Assembly (NCBI RefSeq): GCF_006345805.1
Contig: NC_042998.1
Span: 206,708,001-206,772,000, forward strand
Direction of reading: 5' to 3'
DNA: 64,000 bases
From: Octopus sinensis
Taxonomy: Eukaryota
A program made the position numbers and the translations under genes. Below, one piece after another: positions 52,479 to 64,000 of the stretch. The stretch's first letter is position 1; each line of letters starts with the position of its first letter. Below the pieces are notes generated by a model. It saw only the letters and a program-made list of their open reading frames with translations. It searched no databases and was not told where the DNA came from.

Positions 52479-53045
52479 CTAACCTTCATAGCAGAATCAC
52501 TACCGGAGCTAGAAAAGAAACTTTGGGTGTGGAAGCTAGGTTTAGACTCAAAAGGCTTTAGAGTCAATCAATGTAGCAAAGACCAAAGTCTTAGTAAGTA
52601 GGAAGGCAAACACACCACACACCCCTTCAGGTAGATGGCCCTGCTCAATCTGTAGAAAAGGTGTAGGTAGAAACTCCATAAGATGTACCTAGTGTAAGCT
52701 ATGGACGCATAAGAGGTGCAGCAACATCAAAGGAAAATTAAATGAGAAGATAGCTTCAGTGTGCAGCAGATGCACAGGTGCAATAGACACCACAGATACT
52801 CAGAAAACAGATTCCATCACACTCCAGGGGGAGAAACTAGAAGTAGTTGATAGCTTCTGCTACCTGGGTGACCAAATTAGTAGTGGAGGTGGATGCTCAG
52901 AGAGTGTTACCACTAGAAGAAGAATAGCCTGGGCAAAATTTAGGAAGCTTCTATCCCTACTGGTGACAAAGGGTCTCTCGCTCAGAGTGAAAGGTAGACT
53001 GTATGATGCAAGTGTGTGAACTGCCATGCTTCACGGCAGTGAAAC
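52479..53045 (+). mobile_element. RTE LINE ORF fragment (RT C-terminal part, PHD-like finger, thumb)
   Basis: IAESLPELEKK...GL.SKG / WPCSICRKGVGRNSIRCT*CKLWTHKRC...VCSRC...LEVVDSFCYLGDQISSGGGC...RIAWAKFRKL. Confidence 0.9.
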
Positions 53046-53374
53046 ATTCGGCAAAAGAGACCAATAGAATAAGTACTAGGCTTACAAAGAATAAGTCCTG
53101 GGGTCAATTTGCTCGACTAAAGGCGGTGCTCCAGCATGGCCAGAGTCAAATGACTGAAACAAATAAAAGAGTAACTCAGAATTTTTTTGTAATTGATCAT
53201 TAGACTTGATTGATACTCAGAGTTACATGAGAAGTTTTTTCAACTAAATGCAACAAACACACACACACACACAAGGAAGGAGAATGAAAGTGAAAGTAGA
53301 AAAATGTTTAGTTTGAAAATCTGTGAAGAAAAACAGAAATAAGTGTTGATAATAATGATACGCATTTTTCCAAA

Positions 53375-54276
53375 ATCAAATTCGATGATTGGCATCCGTG
53401 CTAGCAGGGTGGAAAGAGCACCATACGAGTGTGATCGTTGACAGAGCGGCTAACTGGCTTCCATGCCAGTGGCACATAAAAGGCACCATTCGAGTGCGAT
53501 CGTTACCAGCGTCGCCTTACTGGCACTCAAGCCCCGTGCTTGTAGGGTGTTAAGACCATCATCCGAGCGTGATCGTTGCCATAGCGGCTATCTGGCCTCC
53601 GTGCCAGTGGCACGTAAAAGACACCATTCAAGCGTGATCGTTACCAGCATCGCCTTACTCGCACCTGTGCTGGTGGCATGTGTAAAAGATTTAAGCGAGG
53701 TCGTTGCCAGTACTGCCTGACTGGCCCCGTGCCGGTGGCATGGAAAAGCACCCACTACACTCTCAGAGTGGTTGGCATTAGGAAGGGCATCCAGCTGTAG
53801 AAATTCTGCCAGATCAAGATTGAAGCCTGGTGCAGCCATTTGCTTCACCAGCCCTCAGTCAAAATCGTCCAACCCATGCTAGCATGGAAAGCAGACGTTA
53901 AATGATGATGATGATGATTGTCATTGTTGTGGCCGATGACAGCACGGCCTGATAAGCACCTGTGCCGGTGGCACGTAAAAGTGCACCATTCGAGCATGGT
54001 TGATGCCAGTGCCGCCTGACTGGCTCCCATGCTGGTGGCACATAAAAAGCACCATTCAAGCATGGTCAATGCCAGTGCCGCCTGACTAGTCCTCATGCCA
54101 GTGGCACGTAAAAAGCACCCACTACACTCTTGGAGTGGTTGACGTTAGGAAGGGCATCCAGCTGTAGAAACATTGCTAGATCAGACTGGAGCCTGGTGCA
54201 GCCTTCTGGCTTGGCAGTCCACAGTCAAACCATCCAACCCATGCCAGCATGGAAAGCGAACGTTAAACGATGATGA
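53375..54276 (+). mobile_element. Two tandem family C copies with multi-unit VNTR
   Basis: Repeated GTGCCRGTGGCAC.TAAAA units ending in the conserved terminus and (GAT)n; similar at 55520-55805, 56585-56945, 57290-57982. Confidence 0.85.
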
Positions 54277-54615
54277 ATATACATAAATGGCATTCTGTCA
54301 GTTACAACTGAGTGTTCCAGTTGTTGCGACCAATGGAACAGCCTGCTTGTGAAATTAATGTATAGGTGGCTGAGTATTCCACAGACATGCAACGTAGTTT
54401 TCAAGGAGATTCAGCATGACACAGAATGTGACAAGGCTGACCTCTTTTGAATTACTGGTACAACTCATTTTCGCCAGATGGGTGGACTGGAGCAACATGA
54501 AGTAAAGTGCCTTGCGCAAGGGACACAATACACGACTGGGGGTTGACTTATGACCTCGTGATCATGAGCTGCATACTCTAACCACTCAGCCACACCCCTT
54601 CAGGGTATATGCATT

Positions 54616-54846
54616 CCACCACCACCACCACCACTACCACTACTTCCACCACCACTACCACCACGACCACCACTGCAACCACCAGCACCAACACTACCAC
54701 CACGACCACCGCCACCAGCACCACCACCACAGCCACCACCACCACCATCGTCACCAACACTACCACCAGCACTACCACTACTTCCACCACCACTACCACC
54801 ACCAACACTACCACCACCACCACCAGTACTACCACCACCACCACCA
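54616..54846. repeat. (CAC)n tract
   Basis: Visible repeats. Confidence 0.95.
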
Positions 54847-57800
54847 TTATCATTTATTTTCTTGTATTCTGTGTACCAAGATTCCACCGGCATATGTATG
54901 TGGTCACTCGTTTTATTGCTTCTGGCAATTAATTATGGCCAATGCCGAATAAACTTAATAGACAGCCGTAAGCAATGAAAGAATGGTCAAGGAATAAAAA
55001 TGGTGAACAACTGCCGCTGGCTTTTGATTCTGTGTTCTAGCAATTTCTACTTCACTGGAGTTGGTAATTCTTCTGGGTGGGGTGGGGGTGAGCTATAACA
55101 CCTGTGTAGGTTCCCCTTTGAAGTTCGGAGGGGAAATTAACTGATAATTGGATTGCATCAAATTATGAAAAATTAACTAATTGCGTCATGTGACCAAATG
55201 TATATTCACCACAAAAGCGTCTTTGTCCATTTGGGGCTTTCATCTCTGGTTTTATATCGCTCTCAATCTTTGACTCTTTTCATGTGTTTGTACAAGTGTG
55301 TGTGTGTGTGTGTGTGTATATGTGTACAGTGTGACTGAATAATGCTACCTTATAATGATGTAGTGACTGAGTGGTCATTTCATCATTGTAAGGCCTCTGA
55401 TCTGACCTCACTGTGTGGTACCCTGGAGTCAGCCCGAGTCTACTGAGTCAAAATGAGTCGACAGAAAGTTGTGCAGAAGTCTGTTACTTTGGAGAGTCTT
55501 GCCACACTGTGTAGGAGTCATCATCATCATCATCATCGTTTAACGTCTGTTTTCCATGCTGGCATGGGTTGGACGGTTCGACCGGGGTCTGCAAAGCCAG
55601 GAAGCTGCACCAGGCTCCAATCTGATCTGGCAAGGTTTCTACAGCTTGATGCCCTTCATAACGCCAACCACTCAGTGAATGCAGTGGATGCTTTTTATGT
55701 GCCACCAGCACAGGGGCCAGAGGAGGTTGGCACCAGCCACATTTGGATGGTGCTTTTTACATGCCACTGGCACAGAAGCCAGTCAAGGCAGCACTGGCAT
55801 CGGCCCTCTCTGAGAAATAAATCGACCCTTTAGAATTTAAAATGGCCGAAATATTGTACTTGTTTTATGTTCAAACTGGTCAGATCTGACCTTTCACACC
55901 TATTCTACAATGTCATTCTAAAAATAATCCCATCATTGAAACCTGATGCAATGGAGATAATGCATAATTAATTCAAAACAAGGTGAATAAATAAATATCA
56001 TATTTGACAGAGTAATTTGAATGCGAGAGGGTTAAATGCCTGTGGAATACGCAGCCACTTTACACTGCAATCCAAATAATTCACTGAGTCTGCTGATCAA
56101 ACAACTGAAACTTTGGTTTCAAATTTTAACACAAGACCAGCAATTTCAGAGGAAGGTGCAAGTCAAATACATTGACACCAGTGTATAACTGGTACTTTTA
56201 TTGACCCCAAAAGGATGTAAAGCTTTCACTGAGGTTAGCTACCTCAGTGAAATTTGAACTGTGAACCTAAAGATGAATGAAATTCTGTTTATGATTCTGC
56301 CTGGTTTTTGCCGCCTTAAACCAAAATATTGATTGCTAAAAGCCAAAAGAACAAAAGGTGTGCATTCTGTAGAACAAATGGTAATCCTACCCACCTCCAA
56401 AGTCTGCTACCAAAATCCGATTCCTGATTGTAATTACTGCACATGTTCAAACCTGAAGCCATTCAAAGAACACGCAATTTCTTTGACACTTATTCCTTCT
56501 CCCCACCTTTGAAACTTTGGGTATTGGTACATGGATGGTTGTGTGGTTAAAACACTAATTTTGCAATATTGTGGCTTCACTGCTGGAGTGTGGTTGATGC
56601 CAGTGCCGAATGACTGGCCCTCTGTGGGTGGCACGTAAAAAGCACCATTCAAGTGTGGTCGTTGCCAGTGCCACCTGACTGGTTCCCATGCCGGTGGCAT
56701 GTAAAAAGCACCATTCAAGCGTAGCTGATGCCAGTACCGCCTGCCTGGCCCTTGTGCCGGTGGCACATAAAAAGCACCCACTACAATCTCGGAGCGGTTG
56801 GCATTAGGAAAGGGCATCCAGCTGTAGAAACATTGCCAGATGAGATTGGATCCTGGTGCAGCCTTCTGACTTGCCAGTCCTCAGTCAAACCGTCCAACCC
56901 ATACCAGCATGGAAAGTGGACATTAAACGACGACGACGATGATGAGGTTCTGTCCCACCAGGCAGCACATGGGACAAGTCTGCAATGTCTGCAAGCCAAC
57001 CAAAGCCTTCTGGCCAAATTTGGCAGATGGAAACTGTGTGGATGTCTGTTTGTATGAATGTCTGTTTCTTCTGCTTGGCAACCAATGTTGCTTTGTTTGT
57101 GTCCCTATAACTTAACAGTTCAGCAACACAGACTAACAGAATTAATACAAGATTTGATAAAAAAAATAAGTACTGGGGTCAATTTGTTTGACTAAACCAG
57201 GGTCCCTATGACCCTTGGAATGGGTCAAGAGAAGATTTTATTGTTAACATGCATGAGAAGACCCGCCAAGATCACAGTCATGGTAGATACTTGTGTCATG
57301 TAAATTGGTACCCATAGTGGCACATAAAAGGCACCTTTCGAGTGTGATCGTTGCCTTACTGGCACTCGAGCCCTGTGCTAGTAGGGTGCTAAGAGCACCA
57401 TCCAAGTGTGATCATTGCCAGAGCAGCTAAATGGCCTCCGTGCCGGTGGCACGTAAAAGACACCCTTCGAGTGTGATTGTTACCAGCATCGCCTTACTGG
57501 CACCTGTGCCGGTGGCATGTGTAAAAAGATTCGAGCGAGGTCATTGCTAGTACCACCTGACTGGCCCCGTGCCGGCGGCACATAAAAGCACCCACTACAC
57601 TGTCGGAGTGGTTGGCGTTAGGAAGGGCATCCAGCTGTAGAAACTCTGCCAAATCAAGATTGAAGCCTGGTGCAGCCATCTGGTTCGCCAGCCCTCAGTC
57701 AAAATCGTCCAACCCATGCTAGCATGGAAAGCAGATGTTAAACGATGATGATGATAATGGCATGTAGATGCACCCCAGCGTCACACAAATGGCACCTGTG

Positions 57801-58751
57801 CTGATGGCACGTAAAAGCACCCTTTACACTCTCAGAGTGTTTGGCATCAGGAAGGGCATCCAGCTGTAGAAAACCATGCCAAATCAGACTGGATTCTGGT
57901 GCAGCTTTCCAGCATGCCAGTCCTCAGTCAAACCGTCCAACCCATGCCACCATGGACAACGGACGTTAAATGATGATGATGATTTATGGGCAATAAGTTG
58001 GTTACAATTCTTCTATACACCAAATATTTTAACAATTCCTTTAATATTTAATTTTAAAAATATAAATTTTTTTAAAACATGGAATAGCTCTGAGGATCCA
58101 CCCAAGTAAAATAAGGATGAAAGGGGGTCCAAAAGTGGCAAATGGTTGAGACCCACTCCTTCATGGGGGTGCCTCAGTCCAATGCCTGAAACAAGTAAAA
58201 GATTAGTGGGCATCTAATTATGAACCATTCCAAACAACCTGGAGGGGGGCGGCATAACGACATTGATTTATTGATCAAATTTGTAATATATAACAGGGTG
58301 GGGGTGACGGTGCCATACTAAAAACATTGGGACTGGTACGTGCTGTAAAGTGGCTGGCATCCAGCTATAGAAACTTTTCCAAAACACGGGACCTGGTGTG
58401 GTTCCTGCCCAACCATGTAACTGAACCCAGCATGCAAAATAGATGCTAACTGATGATGATGATGGTTTTTAACACCCATTTTTCTTACAAGGGTAAGATG
58501 AAATTTGTTAAAGGTAAATTTTCTACGGCTGGATGCCCTTCCTGTGACCAACCCTCACCTCTTTCCAAGCCTGGTAATATTTCCCCCTTGGCCAGACATG
58601 TCTTCATGAAAGACTGGAAATGAACACCGCCACTTGTATGACAGTGATGCTCGTTTACAACTATTCCATGATGTCAAGATGCAAACATATTCCTCCACCT
58701 CCACACCCAATGGGCTTCTTTCAGTTTCCCCATACCATATCCATTCACAAT

Positions 58752-58984
58752 AGGGCGGCGAGCTGGCAGAAACGTTAGCACGCCGGGCGAAATGTGTAGC
58801 TGTATTTCGTCTGTCGTTACGTTCTGAGTTCAAATTCCGGCGAGGTCGACTTCGCCTTTCATCCTTTCGGGGTCAATAAATAGAGTACCAGTTACCCACT
58901 GGAGTTGATGTAATCGACTTAATTCCTTTGTCTGTCCTTGTTTGTCCCCTCTATGTTTAGCCCCTTGTGGGCAGTAAAGAAATA
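58752..58984 (+). mobile_element. SINE family A with a 15-bp TSD, nested in a SINE B fragment
   Basis: CATATCCATTCACAA at 58736-58750 and 58985-58999. Confidence 0.9.
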
Positions 58985-59604
58985 CATATCCATTCACAAA
59001 GTTTTTGTTGGCCGGGAAGGGGTGGGTCTTACAGTAAGGACATTTGCTCAATGTGTCACAGAGAAAGACTGAACCGAAGACCACATGGTCGGAATACAAC
59101 CTTCTTAACCACACGGCCACATTCTACACCGTCTGATGTAGTGGGGGGGGGGCGGATGCTGGAATCCTTTTGATCATAGATCTTAGTTGTGGCCAATGCC
59201 AGGGTCACACAACTGGCCTGTTGAAAGCACCCTTCAGTTGCTGGGCGATGTGCTGTGTTTGTGAAGACCTGTTGAACTGAGTGAGATTGCAGTCATGACC
59301 AATGCCAGTGCCACCTGACTGGCACCTGTGTCAGTGGCACGGAAAAAGCACTGTCCAAGCATTGGGCCTCATGGAGGCAGTGGACAGGTGACCAAGACTT
59401 TTGGTGATATACTGTGCTTGTGTGGACCAGCCAAGCCAAGGGAGACCATAGTTGCAGCCGATGCCAGTGTCAGGTCAATGGCACCTGTGCCAGTGGCATG
59501 TAAAAAAACACACACGACACTCTTGGAGTGGTTGGCGTTAGGAAGGGTATCAGGTTGTAGAAACCTTGGCAAATCAGATCGGAACCTGGTGCAGCCTGGC
59601 CCCG

Positions 59605-60076
59605 GCTTACTTCTGGAAAGAGTCCAGAAGCTGACTACCCGCATGGTTCTTGGTCTCAAGCATTTGTCTTATGAAGAAAGGCTGAAGACGCTTGATCTTT
59701 ATTCTCTAGAAAAACGACGATGCCGTGGTGATCTCATTCTTGCTCACAACATCATAAGCGGAAAGTGTAACCTCTCGAAAGAGCTGTTTTTCACTCCTGC
59801 TCCAGAGCGTCGGCTGCGGGGTCACTCTGAAAAGCTCTATCTGCGACGATTTCATCTCAATCAAAGGAGAGGGGCTTTCTCCGTCCGGGTTGCGGATCCG
59901 TGGAATAAGCTGCCGGACGAGATAGTGAAGATGCTGACGACCGCTCGGTTCAAAGTCTCTCTTGACCACAAATGGCCTGAACTCTTTGCATGAACACCCT
60001 CCCTGTACATAACTCCATGTCCCCCCTACATGGCCTTGATTTTTGCTTTTTGAGCCAAAAAATTAACTTAACTACT
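59605..60076 (+). mobile_element. CR1 LINE 3' end inserted into a family C copy (59185-59600 and 60083-60152)
   Basis: LLERVQKLTTRMVLGLKHLSYEERLKTLDLYSLEKRRCRGDLI...RGHSEKL...FSVRVADPWNKLP. Confidence 0.9.
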
Positions 60077-60490
60077 AGTTTTCAGTCAAACTGTCCAACC
60101 CATGCCAGCATGGAAAGCGAATGTTAAATGATGTTGATGATGATGATGACGACGTGGGGTTAAACAACAACTCGGATAGCAGAGATGATGATGATGGGAA
60201 AAAAGAAGAAAAGAGAAAGGATGTCAAGAAGTGTATATAAACAGAGTTTTATTGGGAGCCGAGAATTTATAAAGGAAACCTCTTTGGTCAGTGACAATGC
60301 CTGTCTGATGGAAGTTTGGAGGGAAGTTTCTCAACAGAATTAAATTTTATGAACTGCATCATTCTGCCGTCTGCTGCAAGACTACTGCAAAATGCTTCTG
60401 TAAAATCTTGAACCAAATTTGGTGCCAATCAACGAAACTGTGAAAAGAAGAAATAAAGAAATAAATCGTATATATATATGTATATAGAAT

Positions 60491-60860
60491 AGAAATATTA
60501 AAATTACTAAGTCTCTCTAAAGGAGATTATGGCAGCGTTACTGGGTATTAATAGTTATCGCCATACTAATATGGCAGTCTATAAATAAGACTAAAGCTGT
60601 AAATAAAATCTTCGAACAGACGGTCAGTAACAACACCTGCTGGTTCTGGCTACGCTGCATTGATAAAGGGCAACAACCCTGAAACATGTCTGCAGATGTC
60701 TGACTAGCAAGGTGAAGCGGCTGACCTCCCCTGTTCGAAGGTTGTAATGGACGCAGGTTCGTGTGTCAGATAGCTAGCTAGAGGCGATGGCCTCTTGGAG
60801 CTAATCAGCGACAGCTTCAGTCTTATTTATAGACTGCTATATTAGTATGGCGATAACTAT
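60491..60860. mobile_element. Second, diverged member of the 51832 Penelope-like family
   Basis: Homologous to 51832-52454; inverted repeat 60551-60600 / 60811-60860; within (TA)n. Confidence 0.8.
60655..60695 (+). ncRNA. Type-I hammerhead with U3-A8 core
   Basis: CTGCA-TTGATAA-AGGG caacaa CCCT-GAAAC-AT-GTC-TGCAG; covaries with the 52248 copy. Confidence 0.75.
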
Positions 60861-61260
60861 GTATATATATATATATATATATGTATGTATAATAGTTTCT
60901 ATGTGTGATGTGAGAATATATTGAGGAATATACATACTTGAACACATAGACGTGTTTTAAAATACTGGACTTTGTACCTTTGACCTTTAAATTGTAATAA
61001 AATGTAATAAAACCCCAAACAATTAAAACTGCCGACACATTCTGTGCCTACCTCACAAAAGGAACACACTCGCTTACAAAGTTTTACATGAATAAATTCT
61101 AAACAATAACATAACCCCAAACTTAATAAAAATTTCTTCAAAACACCTCTCCATAACAATCCACCCTACAACCTAATTACCATTTCTTTCAAACCTCACA
61201 CCTAAGGAAGAATTTAACTCAATGGAGACTATATAAAGCTAGGATTAACTTCAATGATTT

Positions 61261-61305
61261 GCAGTTTGAAGATGGCTTAACTGACCAAAACTCCAAAGTC
61301 ACTGT
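61261..61305 (+). ncRNA. Decayed hammerhead-like motif
   Basis: GCAGT-TTGAAGA-T-GGC..ACC-AAAAC-TCCAAA-GTC-ACTGT; stem I intact, G12 lost. Confidence 0.35.
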
Positions 61306-61869
61306 CAACAACATTCTTACTTAAATCAGCTTAATGTAGAATGGTTTTTATTATTACTGAACATTGAAAAACATTAACACACACACACACACACATGGCT
61401 GAGATGACCAAGGCTTTGTAGGTAGATTTGATAGACGGAAACTGAAAGAAGTGAGAGAACAATTTGAGGAGTTTTTACCTCAGCTGGCAACAAAGAGTTT
61501 CTCTGAGTGAAAGGACAGTAATATGGCACTTGTGGACGAAGTGTGAAGCTGCAGAGTTGAGTAAAACATTGGGCATTGGGTGCTGAGGTAGAGCAAAGGC
61601 TGGAAAGAAATGAAGCAGATATACCTCAATGAGTGTGTAATGTGTTGTGAGAATGAAGGACGCACGCATGAGACAGAAGAAAGGAAAAAACACAGGTGCA
61701 GGAGTGGCTGTGTGGTAAGAAGCTTGCTTCTCAACCACATGGTTCCAGGTTCAGTCCCACTGCATGGCACCTTGGGCACGTGTCTTCTACTATAGCCTTG
61801 GGCTCACCAAAGCCTTGTGAGTGGATTTGGTGGAGGGAAACTGAAAGAAGCTTATGTGTGTGTGTATGA

Positions 61870-62366
61870 GTAAAGTACCATTTGAGTGTGGCCGATGCCA
61901 GTGCCGCCCGACTGGGACCTGTGCTGGTGGCACGTAAAAAGAACCACTTGCACCACTTGAACATGAATGATGCCAGTGCCGCCTGACTAGCACCTGTGCC
62001 GGTGGCACGTAAAAAGCATTATTTGAGCATGGACAATGCTAATACCACCTGACTGGTACCTGTGCCAGTGACACATAAAAAGCACCATTTGAGTGTGACT
62101 GTTGCCAGTGCCACCTGACTGGCACCTGTGCTGGTGGCATGTGTAAAAAGCATCATTCGAACATGATTGATGCCAGTGCTGCCTGACTGGCCCTCATGCT
62201 GGTAGCACGTAAAAAGCACCCACTACACCCTCGGAGTGGTTGGCATTAGAAACACTGCGAGATCAGACTGGAGCCTGGTGCAGCCTTCTGGCTCACCAGT
62301 CCTCAGTCAAACCGTCCAACCCATGCCAGCATGGAAAGTGGATGTTAAAAGATGATGATGATGATG
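61870..62366 (+). mobile_element. Family C copy with one of the longest VNTRs (5-6 units)
   Basis: Tandem ~62-nt units, then the conserved terminus and (GAT)n. Confidence 0.85.
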
Positions 62367-63609
62367 AAACGCTGGGGTCGATGTAATCAACTCATTCACT
62401 CCCCCTTGTGCCTTTAGTAGAAAGGATATTTATTATTCATGGGTCGAATGGTTTGAGAGGATTCAACGGGCCCAAGGGTTGCCTCATGCTTCGAAGTCTG
62501 CACTGCCATGGTTTCTACAGCTAGATGCCCTTCCTGATGCCAACCACTTTACAGTGGGTATGAGGTGCTTTTCTTTTTCTCATGCTACTGGCACTAGTGA
62601 GGTCACAGGCAGCTTGAAAGAGTATGAAACCCAAAGGAGGTAAGGGGTGATGGGCAGCTTTATGCTAGGAGAGGAGTGGATTGGAGCAATATGAAATGAA
62701 GGGTCTTCTCAAGAATGCAGTCCAGGAACTGAAATCATGATCTTGAAATGAAGACAGTGAGTGCAACAATCCAACTAATAGGCCAAACACCTTCAGTTTT
62801 TGTTAGTTAAGGCTAGGGTTGGGGTTAGTATCAGTCAAACTGTCTTTTCTTAGAATTCTCTATTCTTCAGAATGTCTTCCGTTCCCATTTGGAGCTGGTC
62901 TCAAATGACACAAGGCGTTTGTTTACAGTGAATCAAGAACTAGGCGCAGGTGTGGCTGTGTGGTAAGTAGCTTGCTTACCATCCACATGATTCTGGGTTC
63001 AGTCCCACTGCGTGGAATTTGGGCAAGTGTCTTCTACTATAGCCTCAGGCCAACCAAAGACTTGTGAGTGGATTTGGTAGATGGAAACTGAAAGAAGCCT
63101 GTCATATGGTTGTGTATTGGTGTTTGTCCCCACACCATTGCTTGACAACCAATGTTGGTGTGTTTACGTCCCCTGTAACTTAGCAGTTCAGCAATAGAGA
63201 CTGATAGAATAAGTACTAGGCTTACTAAGAATAAGTCCTGGGGTCGATTTGTTAAACTAAAGGCGGTGCTCCAGCATGGTTGCAGCCAATAAACTAATTC
63301 CGTATGATATTTCATATATTTGTATTCATCTTTAGGGTATAAATGCTTATATTTCAGTGAAAGATGTAAAAATTGGTGACAAGGTCAATATGCCAATGTT
63401 TGCTAACAAAGTCCTTCATGATACTTGTTCTGCCCAAGTTGCGTAGACACTCCCTTACCACTCACCATCATAAATGTAGTGAAACAGTGAAATTGTACAT
63501 TACAATACAATGGACTTCTTTCAGTTTCCATCCACCAAATTTACTCACAAGACTTTGGTTAACCTGGGGCCATAGAAGAGATATGTTGTAAAACCATGTT
63601 AGGAAACAG

Positions 63610-63841
63610 AGGCGGCAAACTGGCAGAAATGTTAGCACGCCGGGCGAAATGCGTAGCCGTATTTCGTCTGCCGTTACGTTCTGGGTTCAAATTCCGCCGA
63701 GGTCGACTTTGCCTTTCATCCTTTCGGGGTCAATAAATTAAGTACCAGTTACGCACTGGGGTCGATGTAATCGACTTAATCCTTTTGTCTGTCCTTGTTT
63801 TTCCCCTCTGTGTTTAGCCCCTTGTGGGTAGTAAAGAAATA
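63610..63841 (+). mobile_element. SINE family A with a 14-bp TSD
   Basis: CATGTTAGGAAACA at 63595-63608 and 63842-63855. Confidence 0.9.
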
Positions 63842-64000
63842 CATGTTAGGAAACAAACTCCATTACCCCAACCCGTATATACACATCATCATCATCATCG
63901 TTTACTATCTGTTTTCCATGCTACCATGGGTTGGACGGTTAGACTGTGGTTTGGCAAGCCAGGAAACCACACCAGGTTTCTAATCTGATCTGGCAAGGTT

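Noticed and set aside
59328-59993. 221-aa ORF as a host gene
   Set aside because: Chance in-frame fusion of family C repeat sequence with a CR1 ORF2 C-terminus
61870-62220. CRISPR-like appearance of ~60-nt periodic palindromic units
   Set aside because: The intervening sequences are homologous to each other rather than unique spacers; dispersed retroelement VNTR in animal DNA; no cas genes

Overview
AT-rich, repeat-saturated animal DNA, most likely an octopus intergenic or intronic region (inferred from the SINE/RTE repeat families and the microsatellite load; not checked against a database). No host protein-coding gene is recognisable. Nearly all tracked ORFs are microsatellite or repeat artefacts. 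The window contains: several tRNA-derived SINE families; dozens of RTE-type LINE 3' ends carrying a ~60-nt VNTR; RTE (with an in-frame PHD-like finger), CR1-type and Gypsy coding fragments; DD37D (maT) Tc1/mariner relics; non-autonomous Helitrons; TTAA-targeting MITEs; and one degenerate tRNA-Lys(CTT). The main unannotated signal is about 17 type-I hammerhead-ribozyme-like motifs from roughly ten sequence families. Most sit in fold-back or direct-repeat relics of Penelope-like elements, one with a GIY-YIG C-terminus. Several have a compensatory U3-A8 core, and some rearrangement junctions coincide with predicted cleavage sites. Three belong to a SINE-like element built as tRNA head + microsatellite + hammerhead + tandem tail, one copy with a 9-bp TSD. 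All folds were read by eye and none has been tested.
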